Source: an uncultured Gemmatimonadales bacterium | GTDB lineage: Bacteria; Gemmatimonadota; Gemmatimonadetes; Gemmatimonadales; GWC2-71-9 | Reading direction: 5' to 3' | Assembly (NCBI GenBank): GCA_963825055.1 | Contig: CAWGSK010000012.1 | Coordinates: forward strand, 352,001-416,000 | DNA: 64,000 bases | Shown here: positions 1 to 7,957 of the stretch, one piece after another | How positions within the stretch are numbered: the stretch's first letter is position 1 | Layout of the letters: the number at the start of each line of letters is the position of its first letter | Program-made: the position numbers and the translations under genes | Notes under the pieces: generated by a model | The model's input: only the letters and a program-made list of their open reading frames with translations | Database searches by the model: none | Told to the model about the DNA's origin: nothing

Positions 1-2
1 TC

Positions 3-581
3 GCGCGCCGGGGGGATTCGCTGCCCATCTGGCTGGGACGGCGGATGGACACGTACGACCCGCGAGACCGGAACTACAACGTCATCGTCTACCAGAAGGG
101 CGCCTGGGTCATGCACATGCTCCGGATGCTCCTGCTGGATCTGCAGACGATGAACGAAGACCGGTTCGGGGCGGTCATGCAGGAGTTCTACCGGACGTAC
201 CAGGGTCAGCGCGCCACCACCGCGGACTTCCAGCATGTGCTGGAGCGGCGGCTCGGCCAGCCGATGGACTGGTTCTTTAACGAATGGGTTTATGGACACG
301 AGATCCCGACCTACCGGGTGGCCTGGAAGGGCGAGCCCGATGGGGCCGGGAAATTCCGGTTGCGCCTGCGGGTGAGACAGGAGGGCGTCTCACCGGATTT
401 CCTGAATTATGTGCCGGTGAAGGTCATCATGGAGGACAAGTCGCTCGTGCGCGCCCGGCTGAAGGTGACCGGCGCGGAATCCGAGCTGATCCTGCCCGTC
501 ATGCTGCCCTCCAGGCCGAAGACGGTGGAATTCAACGACCTGGATGGGGTCCTGGCGGAGGTCAAGACCGAGGGCTGGTGA
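3..581 (+). CDS. M1-family aminopeptidase, C-terminal part (5' end outside window)
   Basis: Open frame from window edge; VYQKGAWVMHMLR and 'ATTADFQ...MDWFFNEWVYG' are typical of the M1 peptidase region downstream of the zinc motif. Confidence 0.85.
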   Translation, partial: ARRGDSLPIWLGRRMDTYDPRDRNYNVIVYQKGAWVMHMLRMLLLDLQTMNEDRFGAVMQEFYRTYQGQRATTADFQHVLERRLGQPMDWFFNEWVYGHEIPTYRVAWKGEPDGAGKFRLRLRVRQEGVSPDFLNYVPVKVIMEDKSLVRARLKVTGAESELILPVMLPSRPKTVEFNDLDGVLAEVKTEGW

Positions 582-622
582 CGCGAAACCCTCCCGAGGT
601 CGGCACCGGCGAACGGGGAGCG

Positions 623-778
623 GTGATTGGTGATTAGTGATTAGTGCCTGGGGAGAAAGTATCTTCGCGATCCCCGATCCCCGATCCCCGATCCCCGATC
701 CCCGATCCCCGAACCCGCGGCCCCGGACTCACCTGAGCCCGGGGCCGCGCCCTTCGAACTTCGTCCTTCGTCCTTCGA
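623..778. repeat. Composite heptamer tandem-repeat tract with internal GC hairpin
   Basis: GTGATTR x3 (623-643), GATCCCC x6 (669-710), hairpin GCGGCCCCGG..CCGGGGCCGC (717-748), MCTTCGW x4 (751-778); between convergent genes. Confidence 0.9.
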
Positions 779-780
779 CC

Positions 781-1452
781 CTACAACACCGCAAACACCG
801 GCGGGTCCACCTCGATGTGGTTGACCACGCTGGTGACCCCGGAGGCCGCCCACGCCGCGCTGGCGGCATCGTTCTTCTCGGCCAGAGACGGCACCTTGCC
901 GCGCAGGGTGACGGTATGGCCCTCGATCTCCACGGTGACATGCGAGGCATCGATCTCGGCCTGGCGCTTGAGGGCCGATTCGATATGGCTGCGGACGTCT
1001 GTCCGGGTGGGAGCGGGAGCCATGGTGAGCGAGTTCACGATGCCCTTGACCCCGGTCAGGTACCGGACCGCACGCTCAGCGGCGAGCCGCTGGTAGTTCC
1101 AGTCCACATCCCCGGTCAGGGTCACCCATCCGTTTGCGACTTTCACTTTGATCCGTGGCTCGGGCACCTCGATGTCCATCTTGAGCGCGTTCAGCGCGGC
1201 GTGGGCGATCTCGGAGTCGGAGCGCTCGGTTATCCGGGACAGTTTCACCATGAGTTCGTTGGCGATGGCCCGGACACCCTTGACCCGGGCGACGGCCCGC
1301 TCGGCCGCATAGCGCTGGGCGTAGGTGTCCACCGTGCCGGCCAGGGTCACGACCCCGTCCTTCACGACAATGGCGATGTCCTCGTCCCGGATGCTGGGTT
1401 CCCAGGTCAGTTCGGAGACCACGTCCTGCTGGAGTGCGGAATCTGCTTTCAT
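781..1452 (-). CDS. BON-domain (OsmY-like) protein, three BON repeats
   Basis: MKADSALQQDVVSELTWEP..., three 'V.dGvVTL.G.V...AE.AV....GV..v.N.l' repeats; ATG at 1452 preceded by GGGAGG. Confidence 0.92.
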   Translation of the reverse strand: MKADSALQQDVVSELTWEPSIRDEDIAIVVKDGVVTLAGTVDTYAQRYAAERAVARVKGVRAIANELMVKLSRITERSDSEIAHAALNALKMDIEVPEPRIKVKVANGWVTLTGDVDWNYQRLAAERAVRYLTGVKGIVNSLTMAPAPTRTDVRSHIESALKRQAEIDASHVTVEIEGHTVTLRGKVPSLAEKNDAASAAWAASGVTSVVNHIEVDPPVFAVL

Positions 1453-1577
1453 CTTTGCCTCCCTGCGTTGCAGCGCGGTCGCCAGGCCGACAGAGAGCCG
1501 ACACGGAAACCGGCGACAATACAAAATGGCACGGGAGACCTGAATTACCTGTGAACCGGGCGTGAAGGTTTGCCGGG

Positions 1578-1622
1578 AAAAGGTGGACGGCCCGCGCCAA
1601 CTGTCGTCGGCGCGGGCCGTCC
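1578..1622 (-). terminator. Probable intrinsic terminator (minus strand)
   Basis: 14-bp perfect inverted repeat GGACGGCCCGCGCC / GGCGCGGGCCGTCC followed on the minus strand by ACCTTTT. Confidence 0.55.
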
Positions 1623-2072
1623 GTGCACCAGTTACCCGGAGTCGGGTTCTTGCGTTCCCGTTCTTCTTCCCGTGGCGATCGCCGTTCGTCGCGGCGAAGT
1701 AAGCCTGGGAGCTCCGGCTTCCATCCGTGTCGGCCGCGATCGCGACCGACGCTTCACCGGTGCTGGCGCTCTGGGTCGGCCGGATCGCGGATCGGCCCCC
1801 ATACTGCGCGACGGCACGCCATCCCGTCGCGGGACGGGGCACGCGATTGGCCCCGGCCACCCCGGTGTGTGGCCCCGGTTCCGGATCCCTGATCCTTTGC
1901 AGGCTGGTCCCGGCCCCGAATCACCAAGGCAGGAACAAGCTAGCATCGCCACCCTGAAGGGAAAGTGAAAATGAGGTGAAACCGGTTGGCCGAGTCGGGT
2001 CCTCACCCGGACTTCACCCTCCCTTCACGGGCTGGTACGTAGCGTAGAGGCCCATCCCACTCGGAGGACGGA

Positions 2073-2297
2073 ATGCAGGAAGCCATGCTGCACGCCGCGC
2101 AGAAGGACGAACTGGTCCAGGGGCTGGTCGAGCGCCTGGAGAGGACGTTTGCCACCCTGGACCAGGACGAGGCCCTGGCCCGGGTGGCCCGCTACCTGCG
2201 CGCGCTGGACGAGCCGACGCTTCGGGTCATGGCGTACCGGGAAGGCCTGTTCGAGCCGGAAACGGAACCGCTCAAGCCGGGCGATCCGGAGTGCTGA
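2073..2297 (+). CDS. Small hypothetical protein (74 aa)
   Basis: GGAGG RBS before ATG, host-like codon usage, helical acidic sequence; no recognised domain. Confidence 0.65.
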   Translation: MQEAMLHAAQKDELVQGLVERLERTFATLDQDEALARVARYLRALDEPTLRVMAYREGLFEPETEPLKPGDPEC

Positions 2298-2307
2298 ACG
2301 GGCGGGC

Positions 2308-3612
2308 CTAGACGCCGAACGGCCATGTCTCGGGCAGGCCGGGCTCGCGGGTTGTAGGTAGCGGTGTCAGCGCGGTTGTCTCGTCGAACCAGATCCAGGC
2401 GTCGAACTGCTCGGGCAGGACGGCCGGAAAGTAATGGCTCTGGAGTTCGGTTTCCGGGCGGTAGATCACGCCGATCGCCCGCTCGAGCCGGGGGGTGCGC
2501 AGTTCCTCCCGGACGCTGTCCCGCGCCGGTCCTGAGAGGTGGAGCAGGAAGGCCTGATGTCCCGTCTCGTGGCACAGCCCCTCGTAGCTGTCGGGCCGGG
2601 CGGGGCGCACCCGTTTGACTTCCATCGGACCATCCCAGTCCGAGGCCGCGGCCACCGTGCCGTGGTCCGTCCCGAAGCCCACGAGCAGGGCCTGGTCGCC
2701 GAACGCCCAGCGGCAGAGCGACCCGATGTTGTGTTCCCCGCGCGCGCCCATCGCGGTCGCCTCGGCGTTGCCCACGTGTGAGTTGTGCGCCCAGACGACC
2801 GCCCGGCTCTCCGGCCCGTAGTGCTCCAGCAGGGCCTGGAGCGTCTCGAACATGTGACCGTCCCGGAGGTTCCAGGACGCCACCACCCCGTCGTACATGA
2901 GCCGGTAGTACTGTTCCGCGCTGGCCACCACCCGGGCGTTCCGCTCCGCGTCGAAGAACCGGTCACCGTCATGCTCCATGAGCGCCAACCGCTCGCGCAG
3001 CAGGTCCTGCAGTAACGCCAGGACGGGAGCCTCGCAGGCGGCCAGGCCGCGCCGGGTGGCGGCATGGCCATAGGCCGCCGGGTCATGGGCCCACGGCGTG
3101 AGGCAGGCGTAGCGCTCCCGCGCCACGCGAGCCAGCGCGGGGTCGGTGTCGTCCAGGTACCCGAGCACTGCGGCAACCGAGGCGTACATGCTGTAGATGT
3201 CGAGTCCGTGGAACCCCGCGCGTGATGATGGAGGGCGATCGGCGTTCCACTCGCGAAGCCAGTCAACGAATGCGGCCACCTCGGTATTCCGCCACATCCA
3301 GGTCGGGAAACGGGTGAAGGGGTGCGGAACGTCCGCCTTCGCCGGCGGAGAGTGACGCTCATGGCGGTCGATGGCCGCCGCATCGGGCTACTCGACCTCC
3401 GCCCCCCCAAAGGCGAAACCGTGGTGGCGGATCAGCTCGCGCGTGATGACCGCGCGCATCCGGTAGAAGTCGGCGGTGCCGTGGCTCGCTTCACCCAGCA
3501 GGACGACCCGCGCGTCGCCGACCCGTTCCAGGAGCGAGCCGATCTGGTCCGCCGCAATATTGTCCAGGGGCAGCGCGGCCTCCCGGATCAGCTGGGGGAT
3601 ACCTGTGGTCAT
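2308..3612 (-). pseudogene. Erythromycin-esterase-family protein with internal in-frame TAG (3388-3390); pseudogene or sequencing error
   Basis: VVLLGEASHGT, FTRFPTWMWRN, GLDIYS, VVWAHNSHVG, ERAIGVIY, PETWPFGV motifs; ORFs 3388-3645 and 2308-3297 are in the same frame; TAG sits where W of the D/E-W-P-D motif is expected. Confidence 0.85.
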
Positions 3613-3644
3613 GACTTGAATCGCCCGCCGAGGCTCCGCGTACA

Positions 3645-3679
3645 ACCTTTGACTTTCGACCTTTGACCTTCGACCTTTC
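3645..3679. repeat. Heptamer tandem repeat (ACCTTTG/ACYTTCG) x5
   Basis: acctttg actttcg acctttg accttcg acctttc between divergent genes. Confidence 0.85.
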
Positions 3680-3705
3680 CCGACACCCGATCTCCGAGGC
3701 CCCGC

Positions 3706-4437
3706 ATGCTCCGTCGTCCGCTCGCCTGTCTCGTCGTCCTCATCCTGGCCGCGTTTTCACTCGCGTCCGCCCAGGACGCGGAGGAGGTCAGGCCATTCCA
3801 GCTCCAGGCCGACCTGGGCTTCGTCAACGTGGCAGGCAACACCGAGGTCACGTCGCTGAACGCCGGAGAAAAGGTCATCTACACGACGGCACCAGTCGTG
3901 CTGACCCAGACATTCACCGCCATCTACGGGCGGACCGACGGGCAGACCTCGGCCAGTACCTGGAAGGCGAGCGGGAGAATGGACTACGGCCTGACCGAGC
4001 ACCTCGCTGTGTTCGGCCTGGTGGGTTTCGAGAAGAACCGCTTCGCCGGTATCGACCGCCGCTTCGAGGAAGTGGTCGGGCTTGCCCTGAAGATCCTGAC
4101 CGGTCCCCGGGACATTCTCGAAACCGAAGCCGGCCTGTCCTTCAACCAGCAGCGGACGACCACGGCTGTCGACGACAATTTCACCGCCGCACGTGCCGCG
4201 GCGATGTACAAGCATCTTCTGGGAGAGAAGGCCTTTGTCCAGCAGACGGCCGAGGCGCTGCCGAACCTTGAGGACTCGGAGGACCTTCGTGTGAACACCG
4301 AGACCGCGCTCGTGGCACCGCTTTCCTCGAGCATTTCCCTGAAGCTGGCCTACGCGATCCGGTTCGATAACCAGCCCGAGCCAGGGTTCAAGAAGACCGA
4401 CCGGATGTTCACGTCCGGGGTGCAGGTGGTGTTCTAG
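3706..4437 (+). CDS. DUF481 / YdiY-like outer-membrane beta-barrel protein
   Basis: Signal peptide, 'LGFVNVAGNT', 'KNRFAGIDRR', 'FDNQPEPGFKKTD', terminal aromatic F. Confidence 0.85.
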   Translation: MLRRPLACLVVLILAAFSLASAQDAEEVRPFQLQADLGFVNVAGNTEVTSLNAGEKVIYTTAPVVLTQTFTAIYGRTDGQTSASTWKASGRMDYGLTEHLAVFGLVGFEKNRFAGIDRRFEEVVGLALKILTGPRDILETEAGLSFNQQRTTTAVDDNFTAARAAAMYKHLLGEKAFVQQTAEALPNLEDSEDLRVNTETALVAPLSSSISLKLAYAIRFDNQPEPGFKKTDRMFTSGVQVVF

Positions 4438-4442
4438 TGGCC

Positions 4443-4538
4443 AGGGAACAGGGAATGGGGATTAGGCAACAGGGCGTTTAGCTTCAGGTAGCCCGATACC
4501 CGATACCCGATACCCGATACCCGATCCCCGATCCCCGA
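4443..4538. repeat. Heptamer repeat pair: purine arm AGGGAAY-like x4, pyrimidine arm CCCGATA x4 + CCCGATC x2
   Basis: Read directly at 4443-4474 and 4492-4538. Confidence 0.9.
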
Positions 4539-4545
4539 GCTTCCC

Positions 4546-5031
4546 ATGTCCATGCCCAGCCTGAACGCCCTGCACGAGAAGCTCCAGCGGCTCGAGGGCC
4601 GCTGGGTTGGCAAGGAGCACCTGCACCCTTCGCCCTGGGATGACAAGGGCGGACCGGCGGAAAGCGAGGTGGTGAACCGGGTGGCGCTGGATGGGTTCGC
4701 CGTGGTGCAGGATTACGTACAGCGCCGGCACGGCAAGGTGACCTACCGGGGGCACGGGTTGTTTCGCGTGGAACCGGACGGCCACACGATTGCCATGGAC
4801 TGGTATGACAGCATCGGGTTCCCCCCGGAGACGTTCCACGGCGAATTTGATGGCGAGACGCTGGCGCTGAGCAGCAAGGGCGCCCAGGGCACCATGCGCG
4901 CGACCTGGACCTTCCACGACAGGGACCGGTACGACCACTGCATGGAAGTGAGCGGTGACGGCAGCGGCTGGAAGCCGTTCATGGACGGGGAATACCGGCG
5001 GGAAGGGAAGGGCGATGGCGAAGGGAAGTAA
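4546..5031 (+). CDS. DUF1579-family protein
   Basis: 'L.RLEGRWVGKE...SPW', 'LDGFAVVQDY', 'WYDSIG', 'WKPFMDGEYRR' pattern. Confidence 0.75.
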   Translation: MSMPSLNALHEKLQRLEGRWVGKEHLHPSPWDDKGGPAESEVVNRVALDGFAVVQDYVQRRHGKVTYRGHGLFRVEPDGHTIAMDWYDSIGFPPETFHGEFDGETLALSSKGAQGTMRATWTFHDRDRYDHCMEVSGDGSGWKPFMDGEYRREGKGDGEGK

Positions 5032-5536
5032 GGCGGGCGAGGTCGAACGGATCGCGGAGGAACTGCAGGCCGGCTACGACGGCTCTCCCTGGCATGGACC
5101 CAGCGTGGCCGCCCTGCTCGAGCCGGTGAACTACGCCGTCGCCGCCGCCCGGCCCGTGGGTCACGCCCACACCATCTGGGAGCTCGTCCTCCACATCACC
5201 GCGTGGTCTGCCGAGGTGGCCCGGCGAATCAGCGGGGAGCCGCCGGGACTCCCCCCCGAGGGCGACTGGCCGGTACCCGCGGCCCCGACGCCGGCTGCGT
5301 GGAAGCAGACCCTGGAGCGGCTGGAACAGGTCCGTCGGGACCTGGAGTCGGCGGTGCGCGCCATGGCCTCCGCGAGGCTGGACGATGTCCTCGGCCCGGT
5401 CGAGGAATCTCAGGAGAGTGCCGGGGTAACCCTCAGGACGATGCTGTACGGCCTCACGCAGCACGATGCCTATCACTCCGGCCAGATCGCGCTGCTGCGC
5501 CGCGCGGTGGAGAGCCGGGAGAGTGATTATCCGTAA
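5015..5536 (+). CDS. DinB-family protein
   Basis: PWHGPS, HTIWELVLH, QHDAYHSGQI (His triad of the DinB/YfiT fold). Confidence 0.9.
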   Translation: MAKGSKAGEVERIAEELQAGYDGSPWHGPSVAALLEPVNYAVAAARPVGHAHTIWELVLHITAWSAEVARRISGEPPGLPPEGDWPVPAAPTPAAWKQTLERLEQVRRDLESAVRAMASARLDDVLGPVEESQESAGVTLRTMLYGLTQHDAYHSGQIALLRRAVESRESDYP

Positions 5537-5541
5537 GAGCC

Positions 5542-5675
5542 GGCGAGTGGAAGCGAGTGGCGAGTAGCCCCGCATGGCCAACTCCACTTGCCACTTGCCA
5601 CTTGCCAACTCCCCGACTGCCTGCTGCCTATCCCTATCCCTATTCCCTATCCCTACTCCCTATTCCCCCTTACTC
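5542..5675. repeat. Heptamer repeat fold-back (GCGAGTG / CCACTTG x3) plus CCCTAT(T)-rich tract upstream of the tRNA
   Basis: Read directly; GCGAGTGG can pair with CCACTTGC using one G-U. Confidence 0.8.
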
Positions 5676-5695
5676 CTTGCCTATATTACAGCCCT

Positions 5696-5769
<74 letters not shown>

Positions 5770-5892
5770 CTGGACTTCCCACTGTGCAGCCCCCCCTCCC
5801 ATCCGACGTCTCCATCGTGAAACGCGCCCCTTGCGCCCCGCATCCTCGCGGGCATACTGACCCCTGTTACCCCTTGGCCGGAGCAGGTGCAG

Positions 5893-7206
5893 ATGCGTGC
5901 ATATCCCGGGATAATCGCCGTGGCCCTTCTGACTGCCGCGTGCAACGATCCTGTTTCGACTTCCCGGTATGATGGTGCGGTCACCATCACTCCCTCCACC
6001 CAGTGGAGCGGGGGAATGGTCATGGTGACCACCGACCAGCTGCTGAACTATTCCACCACGCCCGTCATCACGGCTGGCACCGATACCCTGTCGGTGACGG
6101 TGGTGGACGACACCACACTGTCCGTCACGCTGCCGTCCGTCCCGACGGGATCGGTTGACCTCGTCGCTGAAGGCTGGGCCGGGGAACCGATTCTCGGGAC
6201 CGTCGCTGTCCTCGGCTTCAGGCGCGGCGTGGCCCGACGTTCACCTTGGCTGCAGGCGCTCGTGCCGTGGCCGGTGGATCAACCCACCGGTATCCTCGCC
6301 GTGGATGAGATGGGCGAGGTGGTGTTCCTGCACGCCGCAACGGGACACGTCAGTCATACGGGGATCGACCCGGGCTTTACGTACGAAAAGGCGGTGGGGG
6401 TGACGTACCAGCCCGGTGTTTTCACCACTCTCGCTGACGATTCCGTCGTCTTCTGGTCCTGGCCATATCCACCCGGTGGAACTCCAGTTAAGACAGGAGT
6501 GATGTGGTCGCCCGCGCTCTACTACTTGATCCACGTGCCGGCGCCGTGGACCCTCCTGGCGACCTTCCACGACAGGTCGGTCACCTTCCGATCGAGTGAC
6601 AGTGGCCAGTCATGGCAGAGTGTCTACAATCCGAATGCCAGTCGCGGCGAGGACTACCCGCGTGCTCCCGTCGTCAATCCGGGCGGTTCGCTGTTTACCA
6701 TCTGGGCTGACGGAACTACGCCGTACGGCACGCCTGTGTTCGACTTGCCCGAAGGGACCTTGCGATACCGTATCCCGACGTTCTTCATTACCGCCTCCAG
6801 ACCATTCTTTGGTGATAGCGGAGACCTGTACGTAGGGGGCGACAGTGCGGAGGTCGGAATCGTAGCGCGCTTCGATGCCGAGACCGGGACGGAACTTGAT
6901 CGCTTCATGCCGCCAACAGGCCATATCTTTGCCATCGTACCGATTCCGGGGGGCGGCGGTGTTTACGCGCTGGTAAAGAACTCCGGCATTGGCTGCGTGG
7001 ATGCCATCACACCGTACCTGGCGGTGCTCGACCGGAACCTCAATGTTCGGGCTCGCCTTGCCGCACCCGCGGGTCTGCCGGAAGCGACATTCGGATGCGT
7101 GAGCACGACCCTGATTGCCGACCCGGCGCGAAGCCAGGTATACGTCCTTCCGCTCGGCTACAATATTCTGGCGTTCGACGTCCTGAGTGAATCGCAGACT
7201 CCATGA
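5893..7206 (+). CDS. Hypothetical lipoprotein with N-terminal IPT/TIG-like and probable beta-propeller region
   Basis: Lipobox LTAA-C; 'VVDDTTLSVTLP' Ig/IPT-like; beta-rich C-terminus; visibly lower GC3 than neighbours. Confidence 0.7.
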   Translation: MRAYPGIIAVALLTAACNDPVSTSRYDGAVTITPSTQWSGGMVMVTTDQLLNYSTTPVITAGTDTLSVTVVDDTTLSVTLPSVPTGSVDLVAEGWAGEPILGTVAVLGFRRGVARRSPWLQALVPWPVDQPTGILAVDEMGEVVFLHAATGHVSHTGIDPGFTYEKAVGVTYQPGVFTTLADDSVVFWSWPYPPGGTPVKTGVMWSPALYYLIHVPAPWTLLATFHDRSVTFRSSDSGQSWQSVYNPNASRGEDYPRAPVVNPGGSLFTIWADGTTPYGTPVFDLPEGTLRYRIPTFFITASRPFFGDSGDLYVGGDSAEVGIVARFDAETGTELDRFMPPTGHIFAIVPIPGGGGVYALVKNSGIGCVDAITPYLAVLDRNLNVRARLAAPAGLPEATFGCVSTTLIADPARSQVYVLPLGYNILAFDVLSESQTP

Positions 7207-7332
7207 GGCGCTTGCGAATCGCCCCTTCTCGCAATGCTGATGACAGCGATTGGGTGCCCGGACGCCGCCCATGGGAAGGTGTACGCCTTGAGTTGCCTGG
7301 GTAAGGTGGTAACGTTTGACCTCCTGAACTGA
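7203..7332 (+). pseudogene. Collapsed remnant of a paralogous lipoprotein gene
   Basis: Removing one C from GCCCC (7221-7225) gives MRRLRIALLAMLMTAIG-C-PDAAHGKVYALSCLGKVVTFDLLN*, whose tail resembles the upstream gene's C-terminus DPARSQVYVLPLGYNILAFDVL; ATGA overlap with upstream stop. Confidence 0.55.
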
Positions 7333-7457
7333 TCCGCGCGCCGTGGGGGGGAGTGACTCCGGTTGAGGGGTTACGTTGCATACTGAAACTGCGAGAGCGG
7401 CGCGCACGTAGGGTCCCTCAGACCAGCACCATTCTCACACGAGCCGGAGGCCGGACC

Positions 7458-7850
7458 ATGCGCCCAGAAGCATCCGACAAGTCCCGTACCGTTGCCCTGA
7501 TCCTGGCGGCCGTCCTGGGCGTCTTCGGTGTCCACCGCTTCTACGTGGGCAAGGTCGGCACCGGCCTCCTGATGCTGCTCACCATGGGCGGCCTCGGGAT
7601 CTGGTACCTCTATGACATCATCACGATCGCCGGCGGGTCCTTCCGGGACGTGGATGGCCGCCGGGTGCTCCGCTGGGACCCCGAGGAGCCGTTCTACGAC
7701 CAGCACCAGCTACCGCCCGAAGTGGCGGACGAGCTGGATATGCTCCGCTCCGAACTGGGAGACCTGCATGAGCGGCTCGACTTCACTGAACGCCTGCTGG
7801 CCAACCGGGACCGGGATACGCTGAGCCATTCCGGGGATACGCCGCGATAG
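7458..7850 (+). CDS. TM2-domain membrane protein with C-terminal coiled coil
   Basis: KSRTVALILA..LGVFGVHRFYVGK.GTG....LTMGGLGIWYLYD is the TM2 signature; GGAGG RBS. Confidence 0.9.
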   Translation: MRPEASDKSRTVALILAAVLGVFGVHRFYVGKVGTGLLMLLTMGGLGIWYLYDIITIAGGSFRDVDGRRVLRWDPEEPFYDQHQLPPEVADELDMLRSELGDLHERLDFTERLLANRDRDTLSHSGDTPR

Positions 7851-7957
7851 CCCCGGGGGGCGGCTTCCATCGCCCCCGGCACCGCATTACCATCCGTTTC
7901 TGCCTTTCCATCACATTCCTGGCCCGACGAGGCCGAGCTTCCGCATCTGGAGGACTC

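Noticed and set aside
781..1860. 359-aa version of the BON protein
   Set aside because: BON homology and an RBS begin at 1452; the extension crosses a terminator hairpin
3388..3390. Pyrrolysine or stop-codon reassignment
   Set aside because: TAG is a normal stop for several genes here (e.g. M16 peptidase, bamA, mcsB); no pyl genes; surrounding codons also look corrupted
7335..7360. Possible inverted, degenerate copy of the tRNA-Arg 3' end (att site)
   Set aside because: Only short GC-rich matches with gaps, wrong orientation for a standard attR, and no integrase
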